64,000 nt of DNA from Balanoglossus misakiensis (lineage: Eukaryota; Animalia; Hemichordata). Shown piece after piece: positions 62,482 through 64,000 of the stretch (the stretch's first letter is position 1; each line of letters starts with the position of its first letter). The notes beneath the pieces were generated by a model, which saw nothing but the letters and a program-made list of their open reading frames with translations, did no database searches and was not told the origin of the DNA. The position numbers were made by a program, and so were the translations under genes. The stretch covers positions 9,253,097 through 9,317,096 of the forward strand of contig CM082598.2 of the NCBI GenBank assembly GCA_040954595.2. Reading direction: 5' to 3'.

Positions 62482-63187
62482 CAGGGGGAGAACACAAACA
62501 CCTCTGGGGGGGGGGGAGAATTCAATTTTTTTACTGCTAATTTTCACATGCCCCCCGTACACAACCCGAAAAATTTTCAAATCCCCCCTTCCGAACTGCC
62601 AAAATTTTGAAATCCCCCCCCCCCATTTTCTTTCACAGAGCAAAACACATCACCTATCTATCTTGTAAAAAAGAAAAACAGCGCTCCCATGAAAAGAATT
62701 TGAAACTGATGTTTCCCCTCATTAGTGGGTATTAAAACTGAACATTGTTTTTATTTTTTGTTTAAGTATTTGTATTCTGTGTTAGGAGCTCAAAGCTGCA
62801 TTTTAATAAACCTGGCAAAAACAAATTAACTCAACTACCGGTATGTTGAGGAGGACAAATTTAACCGTCGCCGCTCAAAGTTATCATGCGGTGGGGGCAA
62901 GTCCCCTGACCTGGGACACTACATAAACCAGTCAATGATTGAAAGGTGTTGATGAACGGAGGGGGTGGGTGTGGGAGGGGGTGTCCCCCTTCCACATTAG
63001 AAAATTTTGTAAAATAAAAGGCGCGAAACTGCATTTTTGTGGACTCAAAATAAATTTTTAGTCGTCAAAGTTTTCAAGTCCCCCCTTTCAGTCCCTAAAT
63101 TATTTCAAATCCCCCCCTTACATACCCTCAATTTTTTTTTAAATCCCCCCCCCCCTCAATTCTCCCGCCCCCTCCAGAGGTGTTTGT
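62482..63187. mobile_element. Non-autonomous TIR element (Harbinger-like interior, eroded ends)
   Basis: ACAAACACCTCTGG...GAGAATT mirrored by AATTCTC...CCAGAGGTGTTTGT. Shares the GTGGGAGGGGGTGTCCCCCT module with 32790-33376, 37080, 37290 and 42500. Confidence 0.7.
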
Positions 63188-64000
63188 CCTTGGAGTGCCG
63201 ATAGGGAGTTTATTAATTTCGCCAAATCATCACATGTGGTCCATACAGTAAAACGGCCACCCCGAGTTGAAAGGATGGAGCGTGTAAATCACAGATCACT
63301 GACACCAAATGGTCGTTAAGTGGAGCTCAGGCTATATCTGTATTCAAGTTGGCCGAAATGCGCAGAACCGATGTCCGTGAATATCAACAAAAAGAACGTG
63401 GGTTACGATAAAGAAAATGACGTCACACTAATAAAGAGCGCACCAAACAATTGCACAGTTGCGTTCTTTTAATTTTATAGAGCTCACACAAACTAGGTTA
63501 CAGCGTGCGGTGGCAAAGCGTCGCGTATGTGATGTGAAGGTCATCCGCAAGGTCGTGTATATAACCACATCCGTATGGTAGTGTGTTACAGGAATGATCA
63601 TATCAGCCTACGACACTCCTTTGAAAATTGATATGAAAGATGGGGTAGTGTGCGTGACGTCATCAAATCATGTTGGTATCCTGGTGCATTGTGGTTCAAA
63701 AAAGTCTTCGATCGACACATAATCAATAACATTGACCACATTATGACTGTTCCATTGTGCAAAATCGATGCATGCATACTCGATATCATAATTCATGTAG
63801 TATGTCTGTTGTACTCTGATTAAGTTTATTCTTTCCATCGGATATTATCTATTTGCCTGTAATAAAACTGCGTCAAGATGTCACAAAGGGCATAGAGTGG
63901 GCCAAGGCCTTTTGACTTCATGTGATACATACATATTATATACGTTATACGTTACGACGTCCTCAACTCAATCCGTGGGAACTGCCAAAGAAGAATGTCA

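Overview
AT-rich animal genomic DNA, probably a marine invertebrate (the cyclin and TE content suggest an invertebrate deuterostome; this is inference, not a placement). Bases 1-10533 are a 97-bp satellite array (~108 monomers, open at the left edge) with nested higher-order repeats (192/386/579/1836/4352 bp). The monomer plus the unique sequence at the right junction reads as the decayed C-terminal GIY-YIG endonuclease region of a Penelope-like retroelement. About 11-44 kb is a TE graveyard: RTE LINE, pogo/Tigger, a decayed Gypsy with three further elements nested inside, 9-bp-TSD (Mutator-like) MITEs, Helentron-type HINEs, a hAT transposase relic, PIF/Harbinger and TTAA (Kolobok-like) MITEs. 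The only host protein-coding gene I can support is a complete 5-exon D-type cyclin on the minus strand: join(58196..58005,57445..57230,56456..56297,52717..52572,46611..46462), 287 aa, with LxCxE and the C-terminal TPTDV degron. Its candidate ~1.9-kb 3'UTR carries a tight cluster of miR-34 seed sites plus let-7, miR-1, miR-33 and miR-124 sites. No rRNA, tRNA or CRISPR array was seen. All family assignments are by eye; no database search was run.
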